Of a stretch of 39,577 nt of DNA, positions 24,181 to 36,600 are shown one piece after another; position 1 is the first letter of the stretch, and every line of letters begins with the position of its first letter. Position numbers and translations under genes: made by a program. Below the pieces are notes generated by a model. It did not search any database, was not told the DNA's origin, and worked only from the letters and a program-made list of their open reading frames with translations. This stretch comes from Nemertoderma westbladi. Lineage: Eukaryota > Animalia > Xenacoelomorpha. The stretch spans positions 1-39,577 of the forward strand of contig JAUCBJ010005793.1 in NCBI GenBank assembly GCA_032718475.1, read 5' to 3'.

Positions 24181-24410
24181 AATAGGAGTGCACCGGGTAT
24201 CCCAATAGGAGTGCACCGGGTATCCCAATAGGAGTGCACCGGGTATCCCAATAGGAGTGCACCGGGTATCCCAATAGGAGTGCACCGGGTATCCCAATAG
24301 GAGTGCACCGGGTATCCCAATAGGAGTGCACCGGCTATCCCAATAGGAGTGCACCGGTTATCCCAATAGGAGTGCACCGGGTATCCCAATAGGAGTGCAC
24401 CGGGTGACCC
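24181..24410. repeat. Tandem array of ten 23-bp units (AATAGGAGTGCACCGGGTATCCC)
   Basis: Counted directly. Units 7 and 8 carry single substitutions and unit 10 is diverged at its end. No spacers. Confidence 0.97.
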
Positions 24411-24886
24411 ATATTGATAAATCAATATCCGAGATGTTGTGTGCTATTCATTTCAAATTGAAATTGAAGGGAAAAATAATAAATTAATTTCATTTCTTTT
24501 TTGAGAAAAAGTATAAAACTAACGACTGAAAGTGATTTTAATTATTTCATAATTAACTTACGGTATAATAATAATACTATAATGATTTATTAAATATTAT
24601 TTTATTCATAAAAAAATATAGCTCAAAAATAACATACCAAACGTGTAACATATAATTTTGGGAAAGACAACACAACTACTGTATAAAACAAACAGCTTAT
24701 CTCTCGATAATTTTTAGTACATAAATATATCATCTGTCCGGAAATCAGATCCTGCCAGATAAGTGACGCCAGTGCCAGGCTCGCGTTATATCAGTTCTTA
24801 TTGATATAGTGTTCGCGAAACGGCGTGGGTATAAAGTACTAAATCTAATTTATTAGTAATACACGTTATTATACCGTGTGTCTCAT

Positions 24887-26231
24887 TAGTGCTGCGAACT
24901 GAAACTGAACTGAAATCGAACTGAAATTGTTTTTGGCATTTGTTCTGAACTGGAACTGAATCTGAAATTTTTTTTAAACTGAAACTAGAACTGAAACGTG
25001 ATATATTGAAATACTGGAACTGGAACAGAATTCCTGAAATTGAAAGTAATAAATTGAAAATAAATGTAAACATAAATTACAATATTGCCCCCCCCCCCCC
25101 CCCCCCCGGAATAAAAAACAAAAGATATGTCACTTATATCAAAACAAGTTTTTGTTGATTTGGAAACTACATGGGCACGAGAGATTCTCCTTCTCCAGTT
25201 GAAACTTTTGCCTTCTTTACGGTTAAATAATCATCTAAAAAGTAGTTTACTTCTAGATTACATTAATTATATGATGAAAATTGTGTGAACATGTATCGAT
25301 GTATGTCATAATTGACAGATAACCCAACCTAAACATTTCAGCTTAGAATTCAACATACAACAAACTACTACTAACACTTAGTAATAATTAAGTAAAAAAA
25401 ATGTTGAAAGAACCAGGCTACTCTACTGCAGCACTGGTACGTTGTTTTAGCTAGAACGATTCTTATAATGTCAACTCCCCTTATACAAAGTTACTGGCAA
25501 AGTTACGCAGAAGACTGAATTACCGTGCACACCCATCCCCGATATAGTCCTTGTAAGTTGTGTAGTGTAAGCTATGCAGGGAGAAGCCTATGATAAAAGC
25601 AATAAGCAATAACCCTTGGCGATGGAGTTGGTCAGAGATTGGTTATAAAATAATTATATTCTGGAATATTATTCTGTAGTACTGGTAGGCCTCTGTTCAG
25701 CCTTTGATACTATACATACGGTATAGTAAAGGCCTGTTTTCAGCTCCACCCTGCGGAGTTTGTAATTATTAACTTTTGGGAAGGTATTGTGAATGTTAAT
25801 ATTACCTGCACTTCTTTGCGGTGGTTTATATAAATATGTATTATTCCTATATTCTGTCAATCAAATTACAACTACTATATTTATTATTCAGTTATTGTAG
25901 GATAATAATTAATATTCGTATAATTCTGGATTTCTCAACACTGGACCATAAATATAAATATATACAGTTAGTACTGAATATATATACATTATTGTGGTTG
26001 CTATAGGATGACAGCGGCAGGCCTTCTTATTACTTATTATTGTTATAAAACTTGAATTGAAACTGAAACTATTTTTAACTGGAAATTAAATAAACAGCCT
26101 CATTCAAACTGAAACTAGAACTGAAACTGAAACTATTTTTTTTTTTGGAAACTGGAACTGAAATAAATAGGTTTATTCAAACTGAATCTGGAACTGAAAC
26201 AAGTCAAATATTGTTTCAGTTCGCAGCACTA
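24887..26231. mobile_element. Non-autonomous hAT element
   Basis: Perfect 19-bp TIRs TAGTGCTGCGAACTGAAAC, TSD TGTCTCAT/TGTCTCAA (7/8 match), arrays of AACTGAA/AACTGGA subterminal motifs at both ends. Confidence 0.9.
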
Positions 26232-26843
26232 TGTCTCAATTATTTGAGTAAAATATAGATATAATTTAACAAAAAAAACATCTACATAATATGGGCCTAC
26301 ATCACGTTCAACCAACAGAGTTAAGTAATGTTGCGAATAAAAAAAAACAGTCAATCAAACGGTCGCAAACTGAAAGAATCTTCACAGAGATACCTTTATC
26401 ATTTATATTTATCATGATTTTGGAACAATCATTTATAATTATCATGATTTTGGAACAATGGTAGTAAGTATTTTTAAGTAATTTTAAAACATTTAAATTC
26501 ATAATCAAATGCCGGTTGAACCGGATGTTGGCGCTCTTGTACGCTCGCATATAAAGTGCTGAGGGTATAGTTATAAAACTACATTACGACCAAACATTTA
26601 CTATTTTTTCAATTTTTAACAAATTGACAATAAATAGAACCAGATCGCGCATTCGCAATTAAAGATTGTAAAATGTAATTCACATCTCGAGATCCGAAAA
26701 ATATGAAAAACTGTAGACAGAGTTCTATTGTGGTAAATCATGTTAATATAAAATTGTCCAACTAATCTGAAAACGTTGTTAACAAACGAATAGATAATAA
26801 AACGAACTCAACATTTACTAATTGCACATCTATAAATATAACG

Positions 26844-28262
26844 TCACGTTACGTCACTCTGGCATAATAATTCAGTTTGATTGACAGACACCGACATATC
26901 TGGGTTCGACAGATACGCCAAAGACCCGCAATTCCGACGACACAACCAGTCCTTATCATCAACGTACCGCGTCTCCACTGACGCCAACCATATCCCCATG
27001 GTAACGTCCTCTCCCTGGTAGCCACGTAGAGCGCGCCGATTGGCTGCTATCCAGCCAACCAACCCACGCCCTACTGCGTACCCGGAGCCGCATCCGAACG
27101 GAGGGTAGGTCAGCGAATGGTAGACCAACTCGGCCCACTTCCCGGCGTGGTCCACAGCCCAATAACTACGGAAATTAGCCCACCAGATAAACCCTCCCGC
27201 ACCCTTGAAACGCCCGTAAACTCCATCGTATTTGTTTACAATCCTGGATAAATTTAAACTGCAATCGTCGTCGGTTTTAATAACTATATCGAAGTCGGGA
27301 ATGTTCTCAACAAGCCAAACAAACGATAATTTAATTTTATCTGGAATAGAGCGATAAGTATCAACCACAGCTACGAACACCAAATCCTTAAACGTATTCA
27401 ATTCAACTTTAAGTAACTCAGTTTCCAACTCTAAACCTGTTGTGTTTCGTAATTTAGTTTCAAATTTTACCGTTTTGTTTGAAGTTGTGTAATATAATTT
27501 CGGATGTTGTACCGAATGTTCAGACAAAGTTCCGAAAAGAGGGGGTTGTAACCATGGTAACTCTTGATCGCAAGACGCAGGGCTGTACAACGTGCGTCCG
27601 AACGTATAGTTAATGTCGATACCTCTAGGAGCTCCTCCATCGAGAAGGAAGTCAATAGGATGCGATGTTTCTATTAGTAGCAGATATTCAGAACCGATAC
27701 CAAGAGTAACGTAAGGCTCTACTGCGACTACTGTATTTATATTGTTTGCTGAAAAGGACAATTTAGTTAGAATCGCGTGATCGTATAAGTTAACCAGAGT
27801 TATAATAATGTTTCCTTTTGAGTGATTGGTAGACGCGATAGGAAGTCCAATACGGGTGATATTAATGGGTCTGTAGACTGTAAGTAAGAACCCCAGACAA
27901 CCTTGGAGGTGGGCGGTTTGGTGCGTTTTATACCCCTGAGTAACAGGTTTATTATCGAACCTACTGACGCAGGAGTACTTGTCGACTCTACTATCGGGAT
28001 GTACACGGCAAGCTTCCGAACCGATAACAAACTTTACTATTACATCGACTGCCAGCTCGTCGCCGATTTTATCGATATGGGACGCCCAGGAGTTTCTAAT
28101 CGCTTTCCGCTGTAATGAATTCTCCCGCGCACTCGGTATAATAACGGCAATAACGGGTCTTCTGTCACGTAATAATCCGTGTAGATATCGTAGGATTAAT
28201 ATAAAAATAGGAAGAAAGAATACAGAGAGAATTAAATATCTTGTAGAGACGAAAGGGACCAT
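26844..28262 (-). CDS. B3GALNT2: UDP-GalNAc:beta-1,3-N-acetylgalactosaminyltransferase 2 (GT31), intronless, 472 aa from first ATG
   Basis: N-terminal TM anchor; SAR..QRKAIRNSW; CRVHPDSRVDKYSC; VVDTYRSIPDK; KTDDDC (DxD); WWANFRSYWAVDHAGKWAE; YPPFGCGSGY; YQGEDVTMGIWL. The ORF track starts at TTG 28280, but the first in-frame ATG is 28262. Confidence 0.92.
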   Translation of the reverse strand: MVPFVSTRYLILSVFFLPIFILILRYLHGLLRDRRPVIAVIIPSARENSLQRKAIRNSWASHIDKIGDELAVDVIVKFVIGSEACRVHPDSRVDKYSCVSRFDNKPVTQGYKTHQTAHLQGCLGFLLTVYRPINITRIGLPIASTNHSKGNIIITLVNLYDHAILTKLSFSANNINTVVAVEPYVTLGIGSEYLLLIETSHPIDFLLDGGAPRGIDINYTFGRTLYSPASCDQELPWLQPPLFGTLSEHSVQHPKLYYTTSNKTVKFETKLRNTTGLELETELLKVELNTFKDLVFVAVVDTYRSIPDKIKLSFVWLVENIPDFDIVIKTDDDCSLNLSRIVNKYDGVYGRFKGAGGFIWWANFRSYWAVDHAGKWAELVYHSLTYPPFGCGSGYAVGRGLVGWIAANRRALRGYQGEDVTMGIWLASVETRYVDDKDWLCRRNCGSLAYLSNPDMSVSVNQTELLCQSDVT

Positions 28263-28819
28263 TTCTAAGATTGGAGGCAATAATAAAAGGATCGAAGTAA
28301 CACAAATCTTATCTAATAAAAGTCCCTATACATTAACATTAAATAACATATATCATTTTCGTATTGTAATAATTTCAGATAAAAATTATTATGTAAAATA
28401 AAACCATAAATACAAGTGTTTACTTTTTAACAACAACAACAGGTTTTTCAGCAGTAAAAATGAGCTGCAAATATTACAATAAACAAAGTTCCGACGAGAT
28501 ACAGTTCAAATAAATACTAAATAATTTGAAAGCGAAAAATTGCAATCTATTTGTTATATTATATACTATATTATATCATTTACTATTCATACCAAAATAT
28601 CATATCAAGATTACTTCAAAATTAAAAATTTACATTCAAAACGTTACATTTGAAATAAATGTTGACCACGATGATAAAAACGAAACAGTTCGCAGTTAAT
28701 TTTTATAAAAGATCTAATTTTGATAAGGTTTTGAGATTTCTCACCAAAAATATTAAACTTTTTAGTTTTCCATAAAGCATAAAACAGTTGTTTCAGTCCT
28801 TAAAAAATGTACAGGACTT

Positions 28820-28877
28820 CGACTTCCAAAATTCAGCTAAATTCTGTCTAAAGAATTTAGTTGAATTTTGGAAGTCG
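28820..28877. repeat. 58-bp near-perfect inverted repeat (26-bp arms, 6-nt loop)
   Basis: CGACTTCCAAAATTCAGCTAAATTCT-gtctaa-AGAATTTAGTTGAATTTTGGAAGTCG, with one G-T pair. Confidence 0.9.
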
Positions 28878-29381
28878 TCTAATATATTTTTACGTCTGGG
28901 TCCTCCGATATTGACAGGACTTCTGAATCCTAATTACATTAACAAAATTTTAGAAATATAAATATCCCCACATACAGACGTAGGACAGGGATTTTTTATT
29001 TAGCTAAATAGTGAAAAGGCAGACATCATAATTGAGAAAAACACATAACTACCGATGGTTATCATATGATAAGTTAGTAAATAAAATACACAAGAAATAT
29101 TACCGGTATATTATTACGTCACATTAACTGCCATCAGAGTCGTGAACTCTTATAAAAGAAACGATACCCACTATAAATGCGGTGCTGAATTGTTATGCAG
29201 TTATGAATCCGCGGATACGATAATTTCTTCAGTCATTGTGACTCTGTGACAATGATCACGTTCCTGTCACTTTGAGTCTGTTAAGGTGACCTGTCCAGTG
29301 TCCAGCATCTAGGGTGGCGGTTACTGGGTTAGTAGATGAGTGTTCAGGTTGAGACAGTTGAGACATGCAGATAAGTAGACT

Positions 29382-29816
29382 CTACCCTGAGCAGCCCCTA
29401 CAACCGCAGTGTATGCATTCGATAACCCGCCCTGACTCGAGTTTATCCTTGGGTACACGACAGATACAGTTTGCCCCGAAGTTCGTGTCCCTCGCTTGGA
29501 TACACCGAAGACAACAGAGATTCTCGTAGCCCTGCTTCTTCCACTTTGCAATGAGGTTTTGGTCGGCCAGCCCCTGTTTGACGCAGTAATCGTAAAGGTC
29601 CCTGCTAATGGCCCTACGTTTGTGGAACAGATCGTACACGTACCGTGACCGCTGATGGTGGATTTTGAATATCGGCCAGAGAGCCTCGGCTTTGCGTTTC
29701 CCGTCGTGGGGGTCGGTCTCGGCCTCTCGCATTTTCTGTTCCAGTTCATCGAGAGTCGGTTCGATTAATTCCCAACCTTCCGGGGGAGGTTTCTTGCTTC
29801 GTCGAACCTTCACCAT
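29382..29816 (-). CDS. BUD31: Protein BUD31 homolog (G10), spliceosomal NTC-related factor, intronless, 144 aa
   Basis: Full-length match to the family pattern: [66 protein letters not shown]. Confidence 0.98.
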   Translation of the reverse strand: MVKVRRSKKPPPEGWELIEPTLDELEQKMREAETDPHDGKRKAEALWPIFKIHHQRSRYVYDLFHKRRAISRDLYDYCVKQGLADQNLIAKWKKQGYENLCCLRCIQARDTNFGANCICRVPKDKLESGRVIECIHCGCRGCSG

Positions 29817-30123
29817 GATAAAGTGAAAAGAAATTCCAAAATTTCGAATAGATAGCAGGATACAGGATAGGCAGAAAGGGCTACTCTACAGAGATAAATA
29901 TTACCGGTAGTGCTAAACTGACCAGCTGACAGACTGATGTTGCTGTACTGCAATACTGTACGCCCTGTACGGCTGTACGCCTACTGCAGTACTCAGGTAC
30001 TGCTGTACTGTAAACCAGTAAACAGTAAACTGCAAAATTGTACTGCCTGACTGCTGTAGCCTGGCATCTCGGAAAAAATAATTTCCGAGAGTGACGACTA
30101 TCAGTCTGTCAGTCTCTACAACC

Positions 30124-30154
30124 CAAGGACTACTGAAGTCTTCAGTAGTCCTTG
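30124..30154. mobile_element. 31-bp TIR-only micro-MITE with 8-bp TSD
   Basis: CAAGGACTACTGAAG-t-CTTCAGTAGTCCTTG flanked by CTACAACC at 30116-30123 and 30155-30162. Confidence 0.85.
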
Positions 30155-31939
30155 CTACAACCAGAATTTATGGGATAAATAAAAATATCTAAATCTATAT
30201 TAAAATCTATCAACTATATTATGGTTGTCTGGCTGTATAGTGCTCAATGTTGTACAACATTAATTAAGTAATTAAGATAGGGTAACTCTTATCTTACTAC
30301 AGTATATAATTTGAAAAAATTGCGTAAATATACTGTAGGATAATTTACTATATATATAATATACTTCCTATATACTTTGCATAGCATATATACTGTACTA
30401 TATTCAAACACCCCCAGCCCAGGTAATAATTAGTAGGCCTAAGTCTAAGCCCACATTTTGCAGAAAATTTTATATTTATGATAAACATTAGGACTAAATG
30501 CTGAAATGGCAGAATGACTGTATTTACCAAAGCATTGAAATTGTGGAACAAAATAATGTAGGCCAACTCCAAGTCATACTGTAATTAGGAGCCCGCGGGA
30601 TACTTACTGTAAGAATCTCAGGGATACTTTCTGTAAAAATCTCAGGATACATTACACTGACTGACATACTGACTGATAATTATCTAGGTTAAGGCACTTC
30701 CTGCCTGGCGATTTTGATGAAATTTTGCAAGTACATTGCTTTGGTGGTTCATAATCGTGTTACAAAATTTCAGATCGATTCTATGTGTGGTATTCGATAT
30801 ATTTAGTTTTTTGACATTGTTTTGTCGCGAAATTAAAAGCAAAGGTAAAATAACAGCTGGTGTTCATGATGAAATATGGCTTAATATGTTAAACACAGTC
30901 ATAGAAAAACGTGTTGGTTGCCAAGTTTTACTAGTAGGCTATAAGGAAAGGCAATGTTTACTCACACATAAGCTGTTGGTTTCTAATGTATTACCCCATA
31001 AGCTGATTGCTCTCCCAGTGCTTCCTAAGGGTATATCTACAATAAGGTTACTCACTCTGCTATGTTAGGGGGTGGATCAGGAGAATTAATTTTAGTTACA
31101 CAAAGCAGTGTGTTGTGTCCTATTGCAGTCGATACTCACTGTGGATTGCAAAATGTTTTATAGTTGACCTACACTATAATACAGTAGTTGCATGTATTTA
31201 AGGAGCCCGCTCTGGCCTACCGCCTAAGGAGTACCTATATTACATATTCACATAGAATTCACTGGGAAGAGATATTCCGCTTGACGACGGGGTAATACCT
31301 ATAGAAGGAAACTAAATTTATTATTTGGCTCTATTCGTTGTTATTTATCTGGTTGTGCATCATGGGCATTTTTTATAAATATTCGGTAATCGCATCTTAT
31401 ATCTTGTAAACGTTCTTGATAATGAAATTATTTGCTTCATATTATATTTTTGTTAGTGGTAGCTAAGTTGCATTTTTTATTATGTGGGGCGAGCCACAAA
31501 GTCAGCTAGCCTCACGCCTTGCAGTTTAGACAATTTTAGTTTACTTACTGCTGACTGACATAGTTCTTTGTAATAGTCTTGGCTAGGATTTTTCCCCCGG
31601 GCTCCTTCCAGCCAGCTTGCTGGCTTTCTAGTATGATTGATTTTAGGTTACTGAAGCAAGCGTACATTTCCATTCGTTCATATTGGTTTTAAACCGGGTA
31701 CCTAGCACAAAGTTTTTTAAGGGCCCCTGCTAATTAATTACTGCACATGCAATATGCTAAATTACATGCATAGTACACTGATATGGCGGCATCGCCCAGC
31801 TACCCAAGGGCTTTGTTTATTTTAAGGGTCAGCTGGTTTGTGTCTGAATCATACCTATGTAGCTTGGGTGACCATCCTAATCTACGTAGTGCCATCTCGC
31901 GCTTCAGATGTTATTCACATAACCTCCATATTGAAACAG

Positions 31940-32060
31940 GGAGATGATTGCCAGGGAAAACAGGTTGTGTACCCGCAATGCAACGGTTCTCAAATTGAGG
32001 ACGAAATGATGCATTTTGTTCTGGAATGCAGTCTCTACAAAATATTAGGGATGAATTTAT
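31940..32060 (+). mobile_element. Small LINE ORF2 C-terminal zinc-knuckle remnant
   Basis: PQCNGSQIEDEMMHFVLECSLYK matches the EDExHFxLxCxxY motif. Confidence 0.55.
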
Positions 32061-32115
32061 CCCACACAACTAATACCGCCATCCTTCACTCCTTCAGTAT
32101 ATAAATATTATAATA

Positions 32116-32478
32116 TTACACGTGGCAACTTTTAGAGCAACTTTCACGGCAACTTGTAGAGCAACCCAGGTTGCCGATCAAGTTGCTCCGTGTAAACACG
32201 TAAAAAAGTTGCCGTAAAAGTTGCTCAACTTTTGCGGCAACTTGAAGGAATTTGCGTTGGCGAATTAAAGCGGGATAATCAAATCAAAAACTAGCTATAG
32301 TAGATAAAATCACCCGCTATTTTACAGTCAAACTAGCCAAGTTGCTCTAAAAGTTGCCGGCCAAGTTGCTAGTAAAGTTGCTGGTAAAGTTGCCACGTGT
32401 AAACAGCGATTAAATTAAGTTGCTCCAAAAAAAGTTGCTAGTTGCCGCGAAAGTTGCTCTAAAAGTTACCACGTGTAA
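32116..32478. mobile_element. Palindromic MITE (PIF/Harbinger-like) built from GCAACTT/AAGTTGC modules
   Basis: TTACACGTGGCAACTTTTAGAGCAACTTT is inverted at 32450-32478, with further internal partial copies. Outer termini and TSD not resolved. Confidence 0.7.
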
Positions 32479-33612
32479 ATTGTAGCTGGGACCTGCCAGT
32501 GTCAAGGGTCAAAACAGTAGATACAGTACATCATCACACCATTGTGAAATTTTATTGTATTAGTGCGGTGCTTCAAAAGTAATCCTACACCTATTTCATA
32601 GGATTTAATAATAATTTATTATTATAGTTTAATATTATACTATTACTGTATAATATTTTATTATTACTATTGTACAGTAACTCTCTTGCTGGTTTTCTAA
32701 ATTATCTAATTTTCTGTCATGATTAGGTTGTCACAATTTTTCGTAGAATATCTCACCATGGTTTTTTATATAAGATAGGTTATTGTTATACCAATGCAGA
32801 GATTCAGTAGTTTCAGTGTAATTTAACAATAGCTTTAATTTGAGGGTTTGCTACTATACTGTTATATAGGGTAATTATAACCCCAATATGGTACTTCATA
32901 AGATTTCAGTTCTCTCTCATCTCTATATACACTATTATTAATGGGTGTGTGGGGCTAGAATATTAGTTTTAACATGAAAATGAAATACAGTAAAGTATTC
33001 CCTATATACACATACAGTAGGGGCCTATATTTGATGCAATTGCTTCCAAATATGCGAAGCCCAATGCCCATGGACAGACCATTCATTAATGATTTCCTTT
33101 ATTATTTTGTCATCAATCTATGAATAATTATTCTGCTGCTACGGGTTGTTGTTGCAGAAATAAGCAGTAGGCCGCTGCCCTACTGTACAGTAGGTTAACA
33201 TTAAAAACTGTATGTATAGGTGGCCAGAATTCCAGGCATTCATTGCTAAGATGCATCAACACACACATATCAAACGTTTCTGATTGGTTCATGGAAATAC
33301 AAACGGCCGGGAGGGGGATGGACCTGCCAAGTAACCGATCAAAATTACATACTATCTACTCTAGGAATATAAATCACCGTTATAAATCGAACAATATTAA
33401 ATTAAATATATAATAATCAGTTACTTTAATAATTTTTGTTGTTATTTCTCAAACATTGAACGTTTTAGCCATATGCAGTAATGATATGTCCGATATACAT
33501 TACATATAAAGAGGCCTAGTTTCTGTCAAAAGAACATACATTTACTACTGTAATATATGTCAACTACTACAATATATTATGCACATTGTTATTTAATAAA
33601 CAGTATACAACT

Positions 33613-36600
33613 ATGTTGAGACACCGGCATTCCACAGGTGTCGGCTTTGGAGGAGGTATTAACAATCTCATGGGCTCATTACAACCTCCAGAAATAAAGA
33701 GATTGAAAAAATGTTTCGACACATTTGATAAAGACAGAAATAAAAGGTTAGTTGAGGTGATCATACCATTATGCTATTTTATAGTGGGGTGGGGGGATGT
33801 TAGGTTAGGATGTAGCTATATGTTACAGTATCTAATAAATGTAGGCTACTGTATACTTACAGTCAAACAGTATTACATTAAACACAGTGCCGCATTCCGT
33901 ATTACCCAATTTGCTTACGAGGCTTGAGCCTAGGGCCCGGCGAAAATTGGGGGCCCGGCGAAATTTTCTAATAGGATTTGTGAAATAATTTTAATGCAAA
34001 TTCCGAAAGATAAAAACAGTAAACAAATTCACAGACCATACTCATCCATATTCCTCTAACCTAGACCCCCTATGTGAAAATGTACACTGTCTAAGTATAT
34101 TTGCTGGCTTGTCTGAGTGTGTTGGTTGATATAAGTAGATTTCCTCTTTTTGTTACACTACCTAAAGAGTTTGTCTCCTATCTCAGTGGGGCATCTGATA
34201 TTGATGCCACAAGGCATCTGCTATAACCTCGATTTTTGATTTTGTCCAGAACATCTGTTCTTCAGCGCCTCAACTCATCATTATAGGGCGGTGGGCCATA
34301 CTGTTGTCCCAATTGGGAACTAAGCATTTAATCCTATTAAACCCGGGGGGGGGGGTCAATATGACCCCCCCCCACCGTGGTTTTTTTTATTATAATTATG
34401 AAACAAACGCAGTTGGGAATCTGAAATTTTATGACTTCTCCTAAAAATCTATTGTCTTCATGGTAGTGAAAACCGTTTTCAAAAATATTGGGTACTTTTC
34501 GAGTTATAGCACCATTTTTTAACCCTACTTTTGGCACTTTTTTTGAGACGTTTTTTGAAAATTACATTTCATTAAATATGAATTGTAACATCTCTATTTT
34601 TGATTTACACCGGTTTTTTGGTGTTAGAAATTGGATGGAATTCATATAAATTGATTTAGAAATTCCAAACTTGTTTTTTTCGATGGGTGCCAAATTTTGG
34701 TGCCAGCACCAAATTTTGAAATAAGTCAATTTTGTAAATTGATTGTTTGAAACTTGTTTTTTACGCAATTGGGTTTTTTTGGGGTTCTGGATTCGATGAA
34801 ATATATACGAGTTGCACCAAGCGTATCAAACTTGTATTTTTCGGTGCTGTGTGCAAATTTTGGTGCTAGCACGAAATTTTGAAAATCCATTCAATAGATA
34901 AAATTGCTTATGACAATTTATTTCTTGCGTTTTAGAGGTTTATGGCTGTTCTGAATTCAATGGAAAATATAATTATCGAACTAGACATCTCAAACTTGTA
35001 TTTTTGGGATGTGGGTGCAAAATGTGGTGCTAGCGCCAAATTTTGAAAACCATCAAATATATCAATTGATTGTGTCACCTTGTTTCTTGCGTTATACGGG
35101 TTTGTGATGGTTCTGAATTCAATGGAATCAGTAAAAATTTCATAAGAGTTCTCAAACTTGTATATTTCGCCGGTGGGTGAAAATTGTTGTGCCAGCACCA
35201 AATTTTGGAAAATATGAAAATTGATAAGTAGATAGTATCACCATGTTTCTTGCGTTATACGGGTTTATGAGGGTTCTGAATCCGATGGAATCAATAAAAA
35301 CAGCACTGGACATCGCAAACTTGTACTTTTTGGTAATGGGTACGAAATTTGGTGCTAGCACCAAAATTTGCCAAATTACGCCGAAAAATACAAGTAGCAA
35401 TGATCAGGCATATTAGAAATGTATTCCATTAGAATCAGCGCCCTCGAAAACCTGAAAATGTGAATTTATAGCGTCGTATAAGTGAATTAAAAATTTGTGT
35501 TCTAACTGAAAAGTGCTGGTTACTTGTTTTTTTCATTTTTTTCCTACGCAGAGAGGACTAAACAGCCATTTATAGTAATCATATCATTTTTAAATATTTT
35601 CCAATGTATTTTGCACCCCAGAAAACCTGTATTGAAAAATAATTAGCCGAAAATGTAACTTTCAAATTTTGTGAAAATTGTGCACTACTTGTAATTTTGG
35701 TGCTGCAATATAACCACCCCAGTACATTTTTTCGAAATTTTTTTTTTTCGTTCGGATCCATTCAAGTGATACCTACGTACAAACAAAAAATTAGACGTTT
35801 TCGTAAATATTTGTAGATTTTAGAGGGGGGGGTCAATATGACCCCCCCCCCCCCCCCCCCCGGTATTTGTACAACATTCTATAGCCCGGTACTAATAGGG
35901 TTAAAGGTTAAATGTCTGAGTGAAATCTTTTGGTCACATACACGCGGATGCAATGGTCACCCTAGGTGATGGGTATGACAGTAATAGAGCATCCCTTAAG
36001 CTGATTATTGGTGATTCAGAAGAGAGGTTTCTCACCATTGCATTGAAGAGCCATCTGGTCTTCTCCGCAAGATGGATATGCTGGAAGTGGAATTGTCAAC
36101 TGGCTCTTTGGCCAGCCAACGATGTAACAAATGTAGTATGCTACTGTGATGAGATGGGGCTGAATCGGACAGTGAAAATCACTCTCTTAACCCCTGTTCG
36201 AAGTATCAAAGTTCACCGCAGTGATGATCCTGCCGAAAAGTCTAGACTTTCTGACAGACATTTTTTTATTCATCATAGAACACTTTAGTGTGTAGAATAT
36301 TAATTCCTTTTTTATTGTATTTATGAATACATTAATACCTTAATTGGTTATATTTAATAAAGCCTTTTTTTATAAAGGGAATCAATCATTTAGTAATTGC
36401 CAAATTAATTAATTTTGAATGGGTTACGGGGAGAGCGTGTTGGTGGAGTGGATGGGCCCCCAATTTATTTAAGCCTAGGGGCCCGCAAAAGCTTAATCCG
36501 ACCTTGATTAAACTATTTATTTTGCAGGATTGATTCCAAGGAACTCACTATAGTCTTTAGCGCCTTCGGAATAAAAACAACAGTTAGTGAATCTCAACAA

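Noticed and set aside
24181-24410. CRISPR-like array and repetitive ORF 24081-24425
   Set aside because: Units abut with no spacers, there are no cas genes, and the context is eukaryotic. The ORF is a by-product of the repeat.
27548-27561. X-box-like palindrome GTAACCATGGTAAC
   Set aside because: Lies inside the B3GALNT2 CDS and is explainable by codons for LPWL.
29190-29245. SECIS-like ATGA...AA...GA in the BUD31 3' region
   Set aside because: No convincing helix, and the CDS has no in-frame TGA.
29321-29749. 142-aa alternate-frame ORF over BUD31, and antisense ORFs over B3GALNT2 (27903-28401)
   Set aside because: Shadow frames of GC-rich coding sequence with no recognisable motifs.
35920-36288. 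122-aa ORF with a GDS motif inside intron 1
   Set aside because: GTG start, lies inside a decayed TE, and no further SGNH or transposase motifs could be supported.
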